Shown: one piece after another, positions 34,790-47,582 of the stretch | Numbering within the stretch: the stretch's first letter is position 1 | Layout: every line of letters begins with the position of its first letter | Source of the DNA: Octopus sinensis | Taxonomy: Eukaryota | Direction: 5' to 3' | NCBI RefSeq assembly: GCF_006345805.1 | Contig: NC_043007.1 | Location: 50,034,001 to 50,098,000 of the forward strand | Length of the DNA: 64,000 nt | The notes under the pieces: generated by a model | Database searches by the model: none | Told to the model about the DNA's origin: nothing | The model's input: only the letters and a program-made list of their open reading frames with translations | Position numbers and translations under genes: made by a program

Positions 34790-37620
34790 GCAGCACTATT
34801 AAAATCTCAACATTTTTGTTGAACGCTGCAAGCATTAATTCAAAAAGATCGAAGGCTCAGTTCATTCAAACCTTGCAACCACCCTCAGCACATTCCTTCT
34901 TCGTTCTTACTGAGAGTCATCTTAACAAATTTCTTTTTGAAGGTGAAATGAAAGTGAAGTATTATACTCCCTTCCGTACAGACTGCACCGGTAGAAGAAA
35001 GGGAGTTGCTGTTTTCCTTCATGACTCATTTTCATTCTCCAGTGGCAATTGTGAATCATTGACAGTGTATAAAAAAAGACTAGTGATTTAACAATATTTG
35101 CGCTCTGCAGGTCATCCCAGGCCCCATTACTGGGTTTCAAAAATGCCTCATCACTATTAAGTTTTTCACTCAACATTGCTAGTCTGATAGTGTCTTAAAA
35201 ATAAGCTACTTTAGTTTCCTCTGTTTTGTCTGATCTACTTGAAGGTAGGTGTGTGCATTTTAACCTCAGAAAAAGCAGTAGCAGAATCGATTTTCGAATT
35301 CATGAATGAATCGTTTACAGTCAGAGCTTGTACTCGCACCAGCGAGAAACAACGAAGAAAAAAAACACATTGGATTTAATAACCACACAAACACTACCCA
35401 CAATATTATGGTAGAAAAAAACTCTCTTTTCCGAACACGACCTCTGTTATTTGTTATTTGAGATTCCGCACCTCATGGATCTATACAATGCTATCTAGAA
35501 GGCAATCACCCACGATCTTACACTCGTTGATTGGCTTTTCACTTACTCTCTCATCCCAAGCAGCATAAACACATGCTGGCAGCTATTTGTGGGAATTGTC
35601 ACAAATATATGTTCACACCACACTCAACTACGGTGCATGAGCGAAATTAAACACAGTCTCCTACGTAATAGAAGAACACTAGTGAAATAAATAAAATGAA
35701 TCAATCGAAAAATCAACCGGCTGTAATATTACTAGCTGCAAGGCCTACATTTGACAGACGTAGCTTTATTGGAATCAAAGAAACATCATCTTCAAAACTG
35801 CACGGAAACTATCATCGATTGTCAAAGGAGAGCAGAAGAAAAATGGGCCATTTAGAAAATAAATGTAAATCCCAGCATGTTCTTTGCATTCGGCAAAAGC
35901 ATAAGCTTGCTGTCTCATCTGTTGAACCTCTGACGACACTCTGCGTAGTAGTACAGAAGATACGGTTGAGATTCTTCAGAAATAATACTGCTCCACTTTC
36001 AGCAATCCCAACAGGTTTATCCTGACAGCATCGGTGAAACGAATCCCCAGCTCACCCTATCCGATATACATAAATTACAAACAACCACGATGCAGGTTCA
36101 GACAGGTTCCCCGCTAGATTCCAAAGGGAGAACCGTCGTCAATTGGCATTCCCTTCAGCATTCCTCTGGAGGAAATTGGCATTCCTCTGGAGGAAATCAC
36201 TGGACGCTGGACAAATTCCCGATAATTTCCTAGCACACTTTCCAAAAAGGGCAACAAATTGCTAGCAGTGAATTATCGACCGGTCTCACTTACCTCACAC
36301 ATCGTCAAATAATTTGAGAAGGTGATGAGATCTCGAGTAACTCACTTCTTGGAAAATAACAGCTTACTTTTTCCCAGCCAGCATGGTCTCCACAATTGTA
36401 AGGACTGCCTAATACAGCTCGTGCATCACATTGATGGCATCCCAAAGGCTTTGGGAGAGAGCTCCAATGTAGATATCATTTATCTGAACTAAATCAAGGT
36501 CTTCGACATGGTTGACCACATCTACCTATTAAAGAAAATATCAAACAATGGGGTCCAAGGAGAACTAATAAAGTGGATTGAATGTTTTCTGGTGAACGGA
36601 ACCTAGCATGCAGTGATCAGTGGCGATAAATCAAACTCGGCACAACATTGCATTGGGTCCACACTTTTTCATTATTTATACCAATGGCATTATTGATGTC
36701 ATCAAACACAGCAGCACTGGAATTATCATGGAGGATTCTAAGCTTCTGAAGGTCATCTGCAAGTTAGGAGACCGGACAAATCTCCATTCGGATCAGCTCG
36801 CTGAAATCCGATGGGCCGAAAAACGCAATATGCAACTAAACAAATATAAATTTGAATTAATCCACTTCAGTAAAAAGGCTGCAATTAATCTACCATACAC
36901 ACTTCTCTCGAGCGACAGCCTTTAGCATGAAACACCTTTACAGACTTCATAGTAACTATTGATAACAACTTTAGCATAAACAACAAAGCTGACATGGTCT
37001 GTAGGGAGTGTTCTTGCATCTTCAGTCCTTTTCAGTCTTGATATGCTTCTACCATTATCCTTCTCTTCTCTATTTTCGCCCTTTCTCACCTTTAGTACGG
37101 TTGCTGCTGTGGCCTCCCTTCACGAAACAAATTACCATTATAAAAACTGAAGCACTCCAGAGATCAATCACAAAGAAAATGGACATCATGACTGGTCTTG
37201 AATATTGGAATCGTTTCGAGAAACTCAAACTTCATTCCCACCAACATTGCCGTGAGCGCTATATCATTCGTGTTATGTGGAAAATAATTCAGCAGCACTA
37301 CCCAAATAATGTTGTCATCAACTTTAAAATTCTTCCTAGGCTTGGTCTCCGTGCCACCTGTTCTCTACAAAATTCACGCTCGCATCACATTATAACACTA
37401 AGAATTATTTCATCTCAACTGATCCTGCTCTCTTTAATATCGCTCATAGACAACTAAGAGAAGAAAAAGTTCTCATAACATTCAAACGGGTCCTGAGCTA
37501 ATGTATCCAATAAATTTCAGAGAAACCACCTACTTAGGGATATATCTCTGCAAACAATAACTCTTTTCCAAGTGATGCTATTAAATTAGACATGGCCTGG
37601 AACAATTCTGGCTGAAACCT
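34790..37620 (+). mobile_element. CR1-like LINE remnant (APE + RT, many stops and frameshifts)
   Basis: FLLNAASINSK...VLTESHL...RRKGVAVFL; NYRPVSLTSHIVK, SQHGLH, VDIIYL..KVFDMVDH; EALQRSITKKM...LEYWNRFEKLKL..RERY. Confidence 0.88.
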
Positions 37621-37635
37621 CTCTAAGTATATGAA

Positions 37636-37683
<48 letters not shown>

Positions 37684-39113
37684 GTGTGTGTGTGTATTTA
37701 TAAATACACACATATAAATATGTGTGTGTGTATATATATACATATACACACACATTCACATTCATATACGTATGTGTGTGACTGTAGAAACGATTAGGTG
37801 TCAGTTACCACTTGATAGCTAGTGTGATAATTTCGCTAGTTATTATAAGTACCGATATAATCGCTCTGGCTCGCTCTTGGCCCTCTCATTCTTGACCCAG
37901 TGGAATATTATAGATATGACAACAAGGAGTAGAGAAGACAGCACCAGTACTCGGCTACTATTCCTTTCCAACAGAGTAGACCGCAGTAACTTGCAATAAT
38001 CTCTTGCTCAAGGACACAGTGCTCTCCGCCCCTCCCCCGGTTCAACCTAATGAACTTGAACTGATGACAGCAGCCAATTGGCAATGCATTTAGCTAGCAT
38101 AAAAGAAATGAAAATACTTGTACATAGGATACTTACGCATGACAGCCATTAAATTTCAGTTTGCTTAAAGTATATTCAGTGAGGAGTCCAATTCATACAA
38201 TGTACTGCATTTGAAGGCATATAAGATGCACTTAGAAAAAATGCCTCAATCACCCCAGTCTTATATCCGTAGGTGGGCCTCCCGTAAGCTTGAATGCTCT
38301 AATTTCTTGAGTATTCGCTGCCCTAAACTGAGCTGTGTATAATATACTCGCGCATTTTGTGTGTTACCAAATACAGAAAATACTCTATATACCTGTAGGA
38401 ACTCAAAAATTCTCCACCAATTTTACAGAAGTTGAAAATACGGAATCATGAGTGTAGAATATATTCTCTGTAAAAAGTGGAAGCAAAACGAAAAACAACA
38501 GCAAGAAAAGAAAAAGAACAAGAGAGGTGATGAAGATGGGAGAGGAAATATTAATACACCACGTACACACACAGGCACACACGTTCTCTCTCTCTCTCAC
38601 TCCCCCTCTCTCTCTATCTTTCTCTCTATCTATCTTATGCCCCTGCATATAGCCATATACATGCATATATATTAGTTATATACCTACGTGTAAATATTGT
38701 AAATATACACATGCAAGATTGTGCAGATTTAGTGTGCTTTAATCATTAATTCATCGTTCACAATATATTGTAGGTTGTATGTGAAGACAAGACCGACATC
38801 ATTAATATTTATTTGATTTTTCATATAAACACAGAGCTTTTATATCTACATTTATACAAATATTTGATTTAATGGAAGAACATTCATGAAATAACGAATG
38901 GAGTTGTTAGGAATCTTCAAACGATACAACACGCTAGATAATGCTATGGATGTTGTTCATAGACACTGAAGACAGAATAAGTATAAAGAGTTAGAGTTAC
39001 TGCATATATTTAATGTGTGCGTGATTCGATATTTCAAACCAAAACCGGAAAATATCGAACATGACAGACATGCGAAGTAATGAAAAGTTGAAGAGGGTGA
39101 GAAACCACCTTAC

Positions 39114-39265
39114 AGACAAAGCGGCATGTTTCCAAATGGATTCCTGGTGGTTTTGCTCTGAAGCTGAATTCCCCATTTTTATAATATTTATCAAGATTCT
39201 TGAACTTTTGATTATGTTATTAAGCGAAAAAGCTTTCATTCTCCCTTTGAAGTTTATCACGTCAA
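39114..39265 (-). CDS. Candidate host exon (152 nt) containing MGNSASEQNHQESIWKHAALS
   Basis: Acceptor CCTGACTTGTTACAG|, donor TCT|GTAAGG, open frame throughout, ATG in AAAATGG context, MGxxxS myristoylation-type motif. No homology recognised. Confidence 0.25.
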
Positions 39266-39664
39266 CTGTAACAAGTCAGGCAACGCTGGCTTACCGAGCT
39301 ATATGTTCTCCTAGGCGTTAATGTCTTGAATAGCGGGAAAGTTAAATGTTCTAATCTGTGTGCTGCATCTTATTGTTTTATGGTAGGCCATAGTCTTTAG
39401 TCGAGGAACCTGAACGAAATGGTTCAAAACACAGTAGCCGCCTCATTACACATAAGAACGACACAACACAGCTATGTATGTATGTATGTATGCATGTATG
39501 TATGTATGTATGTATGTATGTATGTATGTATGTATGTATGTATGTATGTGTGTATGTATGTATGTATGCATGTATGCATGCATATCTCTTCTATTTTTAA
39601 ATTATTATAAATCTTCCAGTGAGGAGTGAGCCGGTTTCCAACAAGGATACAAGGCTCCATCATT

Positions 39665-40910
39665 GGAATATAGGCAACACAGACAAATTCATATTTGGAA
39701 CTTGAGAAATGTCTTGCACATTTTTACTGTTCTACTCACAGACTGAACTTGTAAAGTACGAATCAGCCGGTCAATTTCTCTTTCTGAAAATCCCTGTTTA
39801 TCCAGATTCTCCTTTAAGCATTTACTAACAAAACCTAGTGCTCCAATTATTATTGGTATGAATATGAATTCATAGTCTAGATATAGAAGCTGGATATTTC
39901 GAAGCAGTTGTCCATTGATACCCTCTTTTTCTTTGATTATCAAACAGATATTTATATCTGCAAGTCAGCTACCACCAATGATGGTAGATACCTTTGCTCC
40001 TTTGTCCCAAACAACAATATCCGGTCTGTTATGCTTACATTTGGCAGAAGTTTTGATGGGAGTATTCCACCAGTATTCCTCGAGTTGACGTTTATGAATG
40101 TATTCAAGAACAGGGATTTTCTAAGTTTATTTCAGGACAGTTTTTTTTGCGGATAGCATTGTAAATCGTTTTAGCAACAACATCGTGCCGCATAGGGAGG
40201 TATTGCCGAGACGACATTTTAGAACAACTGCTAATTACATGCGTAATGTCATCCACAGAAACATGACATAGCCTACACATGCAGTTGCACTTTTTGCTGC
40301 TGTTGTTTAGCAGGTGTTGCTTCTGTGATACCATACGACATTCGAAGGCCGTCTGTAGTGATCTCAGGCTTCTACCACCTTCATTTCTTCTTAGGTAGAG
40401 CCTGTCAACATCACTCTGTTTCTATGGACGTTCCCAGCTGTTGTCAGGAGTTTGCGGCTTTTGATATCTATTGAATGGATTTCCTCTACAGACCAATCAA
40501 GTATCCCAAATATTGAGATCAGCACTGGTACTGCAAATGCACTGTGGGGTATTGTTTTGTTATAAGAGGAGAGTTCCGACTGCCATATTTTCCTAAGTCT
40601 AGTGTAATATTCTTGGGTCATTCTATCTTTATTCACAGTGCTTTCATATGAAACACTTTCGTCTCTGCCTAAGTACTTGTAACATTCTGTGTTTGGAATG
40701 GGGGTAATAGAGAGACCGTTGATGCACAGGTTTGGGGTCTGAGGGACTGACTTCTCTCGTTCTCTTACCAAATATGAACATTTCTTTTGGCCAAATTCCA
40801 TGCGAATATCAACTGAAAATGTTATTAATTCCAGTTGCTTTTTAGCATTGTTAACACTTTTAGCATAAATCTTCAGGTCGTCTACAAAGAAATGATGAGT
40901 TACATTGATA
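39665..40910 (-). mobile_element. Dong/R4-like LINE remnant (second subfamily)
   Basis: HFFVDDLK, YKYLGRDE, CRLCHVSVDDITHVISSC..RHDVVAK, QLLYLDYEFIFIPIIIGALGFV...TFLKF. Confidence 0.88.
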
Positions 40911-41758
40911 GTATCCCTAAGTCATGACGAAAACATTTTTTAAACAGACAACACTAATGGGGATTTCTTATTTTTATATTCACTTATTTTCTGTTTCTTA
41001 TTTTTCAAATGGCTGGTCGCTTGACTCTTCAGGAGTGAGCTATGATAGCAGCACGCATTGAAGTGTGGAGTTCCATTGTTTTGGTTCAGAGATGGTGGCG
41101 TGCAGAGAAAGGTAAGCCTGCAATACTACGTTCAGAGACAATAGGAAGTTGTCATGCAAAGCTGATGACCACGGGCTCTGTGAACGATGCAAGAAGTAGT
41201 GACCGTCTAACCACATCTCGATCAGCGGAGAACGTGGCAATAGTGCAGGAAATGTTTAATCGCAGCCCACAAAAATCAACACGTGAAGCAGCTCGTGAAA
41301 TAGACTAACAAGACACACAATATGTTGCATAAAGAATTGAATTTTCACCCGTGGAAACCCCATTACGTGCAGGAGCTAAAACTTGAAGACTGTGAGCGCG
41401 GAATGGAATATGAAATGGCCTCCAAGAAGTCCAGATCTCACTCCATGTGATTTTTACCTGTAGGGTTACACAAAAGAGGTGTACAAGACAAAACCTCGGG
41501 CACTGGAAGACTTTGAGACAGGGATTCAGGACGTTCGCAATGATATCCCAGTTGACGTCCTTCAGAAGGTTGTTCATTCCATCTTTGGCCGTTTGAGGAA
41601 ACTGGTTGACGCCACCGTTGCTTACGGTAAAATAATGATTTACATTCATTTTCCCATGTAATAAAGAACATGTATAATTTTTTACAATAAATTTATAAAA
41701 GGAATATAAATTTTATTACCAATTTTTAATGCCTATTTACTTTTCACTTACCCTGTAG
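40910..41758 (+). mobile_element. Internally deleted Tc1/mariner-superfamily element
   Basis: TTGSVND...SRSAENVAIV..MFNRSPQKSTREAARE; FHPWKPHYVQEL; WPPRSPDLTPCDFYL. Right end ...CACTTACCCTGTA. Confidence 0.85.
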
Positions 41759-42571
41759 ATATTTCTACATTGTGATATTTCAGTTCTCTTAACTCTATTT
41801 GTGATATTTCAGTTCTCTTAACCAGGAATAGCTGCCAAATCTCGCTCAAATTAAATTTTACTGTCCGAAGAAAAGAATTGGATGTTCCAGTTTTACATTG
41901 ATAGTTTTTTTCTTTGGCAGAAAAAATAAAGAGCTTCGATGGTCAAGGATGAGCTGATTTTGATCTGGGCTGCGCTGGGGGTTAAACTACAACACCTACA
42001 TCAATGACATTCTAAATAAGAGAATATTCTGTGACAGATGTAAGTCTTCCTTTATGATCCAAGCAGAGTTACTCTTCCAAACTTTTCTTTCGATGTGTTT
42101 TTGTAATCTGGTTACACGGAAAAAAAGAGGAAAAAAAAGAAAAAGGTGGTAAAATCAGTTTTATTTTTTTCCAAAAGCTTAAGCAATCTTTCAGAGTCAT
42201 TCGTTGCTGGTGGGGTCAGTTAGTCAATTTTGGACATGTTATTCACTTTTGGTGAATGAAAAGAAAGAAAATGGTAAAAGAAAAGAAGAACCGTTTTACA
42301 AAATATTCAAAAACAACTATAAATTGTTAAGTTCCTATATTGATTACGTTATGTTTGCGTTGAGTGTGACTGCAAGCTTCTCACAACAACCACATTCTCT
42401 ATTAGCGCTATCACATTCACATGACAACGACCAGTAAACACAGCAGTATCACAGAACAAGAACAACAGCAACAACGGCTACAAGAATAACAACTATTATA
42501 GCTACAGACAAAAAGAACTGCTATCTCCAATTATAACCTCCATTCACACCGACAGAATCTTGCAAGATTTC

Positions 42572-42636
<65 letters not shown>

Positions 42637-43126
42637 GTTATTATTATTATTGTGACTGTATTTGATTTGTATATGCGCTTGTTTTTTGTGGGATATTTCC
42701 ACCACACCCCCCGCTTGTAGGGTCACTATTGTCATAGTTACCAGTCTAAGAGGATCAAATATTGTAGTCGGATCAAAATGCAGTTTCTCTTTCCTTTCCA
42801 TATTGCAACGGTCCGTTTACGTGTTGAGGCAGCGAAAGTAGTAGGCGGTGTAATATGATATAATAGCCAGTGGAATAATTACCCGAATCGGTCGAGCTAT
42901 CACGAAGTGAGTTTGATATTTCATCCAATGTTTTATTGCTGATAAGAAAATGAGAAAGCTAGAGAGCGAAAGTAATAGAGTGGGATTATAGAAGGGCAGA
43001 TACATAAACACACACACGCACACACACGCACACACACACACACACACACACACGCACGCACACGCACACACACACACACACACACATACATACATACACA
43101 CATTCAGGCATATTTACAGTGATATG

Positions 43127-43158
<32 letters not shown>

Positions 43159-43167
43159 AAGAGCGAA

Positions 43168-43198
<31 letters not shown>

Positions 43199-43699
43199 AG
43201 GAAAGGGAAAGAGGGAGAGGGAGAAGGAGAGAGAGATTGAGATAGTGCGTTGGTGGACGGACTTACAGAATGAAGTGTTGTTAAAGAAATCGAAGAAGGA
43301 AGTGATAGATGATATTGGGGATTCACTGTTAAATAATATTCTATCAGGTTATTTCAGATTCAATGAGAGACATCCTTTCATTACCAGATCCATTGTATAG
43401 AATTGTTAGAGTGAATGATAGGGACAATAGATATTTAACTCCAAGTCAGACCTGATCCAGGAGACCTATAACCAAAAGCTTCCTAGCCGTGACCATCCAG
43501 TATTTTTCTTCTGTATAAAAAAATCAGGAGTACAATATCTAGGTTCTACTTTTCTAAGAGGGTGAGGTAAGTGTCGAAGAGGCTTAGCTGTTAATTTTAG
43601 CAGTTTCTAGCGACGATCAATAGACTACTTCTCAAGCTCATTGTACAATAGTTGGGATGCTTGTGGTAGTGACGGTAAATATTAAAAGATACTTAAAAA

Positions 43700-44020
43700 T
43701 AACTGGCACCCCGTCGGTTACGACGACGAGGGTTCCAGTTGATCCGATCTACGGAACAGCCAGCTCGTGAAATTAACATGCATGTGGCTGAGCATTCCGC
43801 AGACACGTGCACCTTTAACGTATTTCTCAGGGAGATTCAGCGTGACACTGTGACAAGGCTGGCCCTTTGAAATAAGATACTACTCACTTTAGCCAGCTGA
43901 GTGGACTGGAGCAACGTGAAATAGGGCTATGCTCAAGGCCGCAACATTTCGCTGGGAATTGAACTCACGATATAGCGATCATGGGCCGAATGCCCTAGCT
44001 AAAAAGCCATGCGCCTTCAC
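43700..44020 (-). mobile_element. tRNA-derived SINE family C
   Basis: Minus-strand head GGCGCATGGC...GTGAGTTCAATTCCCAGC; body shared with 6436-6720. Confidence 0.85.
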
Positions 44021-44419
44021 TGATACGTACATATGCACAAATATATGTATGCATACATGAATACACATATACACACGCATGTATATGTATCTGCATGCAC
44101 TCATACAAACATGCACATATCGCCAATGGTTTTCTTGGCAAAAAGATACCCTCATCTTAAAAAGAAACATCAGCTTCAACACACGATTTCTATTTTTAAC
44201 ATTACACATAAGCAAATATTAACTATGTATGTATGTATGTATGTATGTATGTATGTATGTATGTATGTATGTATGTATGTATGTATGTATGTATGTATGT
44301 ATGTATGTATGTACGTGTGTATGTATGTATGTGTGTGTGTATATATGTATCTGCAGATTTGTATGTTTTATGTATGTATTCTCATGCAAATAGTTACATA
44401 TCTAGACATGCTCATATAT

Positions 44420-44970
44420 ATTTAAACGATAAACTTCTGGAAAGTTTTACAGATTATTATAGTACCAATGATAGACTGGATCTGTAGTCTTCGAATTAGC
44501 TTTCTCCTTTCTGGTTTTGAGAAGCCTAATTTCTCAAGACTGGTATTTAGACAGTGGGTTACATATACCAGGGCCCCAATAATTACAGGTATAAACATGA
44601 ACTTGTAATCAGGATAGAGTAACTGCAGATTTCTCAATAGTTCAGCATAGGTGTTCTCTTTTTCGCTGATCTTCAGCTTCATGTTAATATCCGCTGGGCA
44701 ACTAATTTCCACAACTGTGCACAGTTCCGCCTTATCCTAAATCATTATGTCAGGTCTGTTATGCCTACAGTTTATCGAGGTCTTCACTGGTAAATTCCAC
44801 CAGTATTCCTTATTATTATGAGTGGCTATAGCTTCTACCATATTGTGTTGTTTTTTTTTTTTTGTTCTCGGGATTATCCTTCCGATGGATTTCATTATAG
44901 TCTCCTAGCTACAACACCATATCTCATCGGTAGGTAATACCACGATGACATTTTCGGACAACTGCTTATG
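44420..44970 (-). mobile_element. Dong/R4-like LINE 3' fragment (same subfamily as 39665-40910)
   Basis: YAELLRNLQLLYPDYKFMFIPVIIGAL...IIICKTFQKF; [15 protein letters not shown]. Confidence 0.85.
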
Positions 44971-45077
44971 TATGTATGTATGTATGTATGTATGTATGTA
45001 TGTATGTATGTATGTATGTATGTATGTATATATATATATATGTGCATATATGTGTATGTATGTTTAATATGTATGCG

Positions 45078-45127
<50 letters not shown>

Positions 45128-46136
45128 ATGTGCATATATGTGTATGTATGTATGTATGTGTATGTATGTATGTACGTGTGTATGTATGTATGTATATATA
45201 TATATATGTGTGTGTGTGTGTGCCTGGGTGTGGGTGCGAGTGTAAAACTGGCTTTTTCGCTAGAGTGTTGAAGTGTGGGATCGAACTAAGAAACACTTAG
45301 ACAATAAAAAAATTTCTGGAACATGAGGCTCTGTAAAGCACTTAACTATTATATAGATATTTGATGTGTCATAAGATGATTGTGTGTAAGATGAAAAAGA
45401 TTGATTAATTTCCATGTCACTAGTAATAGTAATGAGTGGACGGTAAATGAATAATGAAGTTGAACTGACAGCAAAATGAGACAAACACGTGACTAAGATA
45501 TTACAGAATTCTAATGATTGATTTATGAAAGAACATGAGGTTGAATAAGGTGATAGTGATAGCTACGGTGGAGGGTAGTGAAAACTTTTGATGAGGTAGC
45601 GCGTTGATAAAGTTGTTGGAGAGAAAGTTGAATGGAGTCGTTGCGGAAATGATATTGGAAGGAGTAAATGTTGAGTACTGAGGAGAACTAAACAATATTT
45701 AGAACTATTTTAAATTTTACTATTAGAATGTAGGGGAGGTAACTATTTTTCGGTTTATATAAACAAAACGAAAAACAAAATCAATTCGATACGGTCAACG
45801 AAAAAACCCTGTAAATATATACATACAACAAAACCAAAGTAATACAATAGAAACGAAATGTCCCACATCCTAACTACGAGCCAAAAACAACAAATTAAAT
45901 AAGATATATACACTATATATACATATATATCCCATTATTTCTTTACTCACATATATATTTCTTTATTCATCGATACCTATAAAACATCACGAAAAACGAA
46001 ACCAACACTATACGGGCATAGAAAATTAATTATAAATACATCAAAACCAAAATAATATCAATATATTTATTGTTTTAGTTTCGATCCAACCGTCACATCT
46101 ACATATATACATATATATGTATACATACATACATAC

Positions 46137-46192
<56 letters not shown>

Positions 46193-46274
46193 TATACATG
46201 TGTATATATATATAGAGAGAGAGACATACACACATATACATGTGTATATATATATATATATATATTATATACAA

Positions 46275-46848
46275 CTAAAAATAAGGCTGTCTGAGAGACA
46301 CCACCATGCCTAAATAGCAGTCAAAACCCTGACTCTAAGAACCACGTTAAATGTTCATATCGAACCATGAGATAAGACAGAGGGACAAAATAGACTAGCA
46401 AAAAGATATTACTGAATAATTCAAAATCCTGGATTTCTAGCTTTGCTTTAAATAAGCTTTGCCTCGTCAGTTGAATATATCAGATAGGCACATAAATACA
46501 AATAAATATATGCAGAACAAACGGTATGATTACATATACGAACGTCCATACATACATATATATGCACGTATGTAAAAGGCCAGTTAAATTGCCCGCCAAA
46601 AACACCCCATAAGCACGATATGATCAAAATAAACACCGCAGTGAATATAGTGACGAATTTTATAAATTTATAAATAAGGATAATATCAATATTTAAATAT
46701 CGATATTTAAATATCGATATTATCAAGTGGCCAGCATGGGAAAAATCTTATCTCATGGTGCGATATGAACATTTAACGTGGTTCTTAGAGTCAGGGTTTT
46801 GACTGCTATTTAGGCATGGTGGTGTCTCTCAGACACCCTTATTTTTAG
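46275..46848 (-). mobile_element. Non-coding element with ~103-bp terminal inverted arms and an internal HHR
   Basis: 46275-46377 is the reverse complement of 46746-46848. Lies between (TA)n tracts. Confidence 0.75.
46419..46477 (-). ncRNA. Type I hammerhead ribozyme motif
   Basis: ATTCAA-CTGACGA-GGCAAAGCTTATTTAAAAGCAAAGCTA-GAAA-TCCAGGA-TT-TTGAAT. Perfect 6-bp stem I, canonical core, self-complementary stem III ATCC-A-GGAT, AUU triplet. Confidence 0.75.
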
Positions 46849-46888
46849 ATGTAAAAAAATTATTACCTTTGTATGGTATTTTGTATGG

Positions 46889-46963
<75 letters not shown>

Positions 46964-46967
<4 letters not shown>

Positions 46968-47082
46968 GATGTTCAATAAGAAATAATTTTTTTTCGAAAT
47001 TTTTTCTCTTATGAGGTTTTTACGCTATCTACCTGACAATTTCTTGTTAAGTTTTCCTTATTAAGTGGTTGTCCTTAATTGC

Positions 47083-47088
<6 letters not shown>
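46964..47088 (+). repeat. Short relative of the 381-520 segment in a (TA)n tract
   Basis: TTTTTCTCTTATGAGGTTTTT.ACGCTA.CTACCTGA.AATTTCTTGTTAAG shared with 437-490. Confidence 0.7.
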
Positions 47089-47118
<30 letters not shown>

Positions 47119-47124
47119 TATATA

Positions 47125-47152
<28 letters not shown>

Positions 47153-47155
<3 letters not shown>

Positions 47156-47385
47156 CCGGAGTAAACACATAAATGTGAAACAAGGTGGAAAAAAGAGTAC
47201 TCAAATACCAGTGGTAGAGTAATATGCTTTATTTAGAGCACCAGAAAATTCAACAAAACCTGTTACTCTGAGTTTCCCGTTACCGTTCATCGGACAGTTT
47301 TTGTAGAAAAAACTATCCGATGAACGGCAACGGAAAACTCAGAGTAACAGGTTTTGTTGAATTTTCTGCTGCTTTAAATAAAGTA
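47153..47385. mobile_element. Fold-back element with a minimal HHR-like motif in each arm
   Basis: Palindrome ~47228-47385 centred on GTAG (~47303-47306). Flanked by (TA)n. Confidence 0.75.
47260..47297 (-). ncRNA. Minimal type I hammerhead-like motif (U4C core, very short stem II)
   Basis: CTGT-CCGATGA-A-CG-GTAA-CG-G-GAAA-CTCAGAG-TA-ACAG. Stem III is ACTC-A-GAGT, GUA triplet. The mirror copy at 47313-47350 has GAAA changed to AAAA. Confidence 0.5.
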
Positions 47386-47509
47386 TATATATATAATATA
47401 TATATATACCCATATATATATACACACACATACATACTCATATACATGTATATATCCATTCAGATATATACACCGTCATATCAACACAAAGACTTTCACA
47501 CACACACAC

Positions 47510-47574
<65 letters not shown>

Positions 47575-47582
<8 letters not shown>

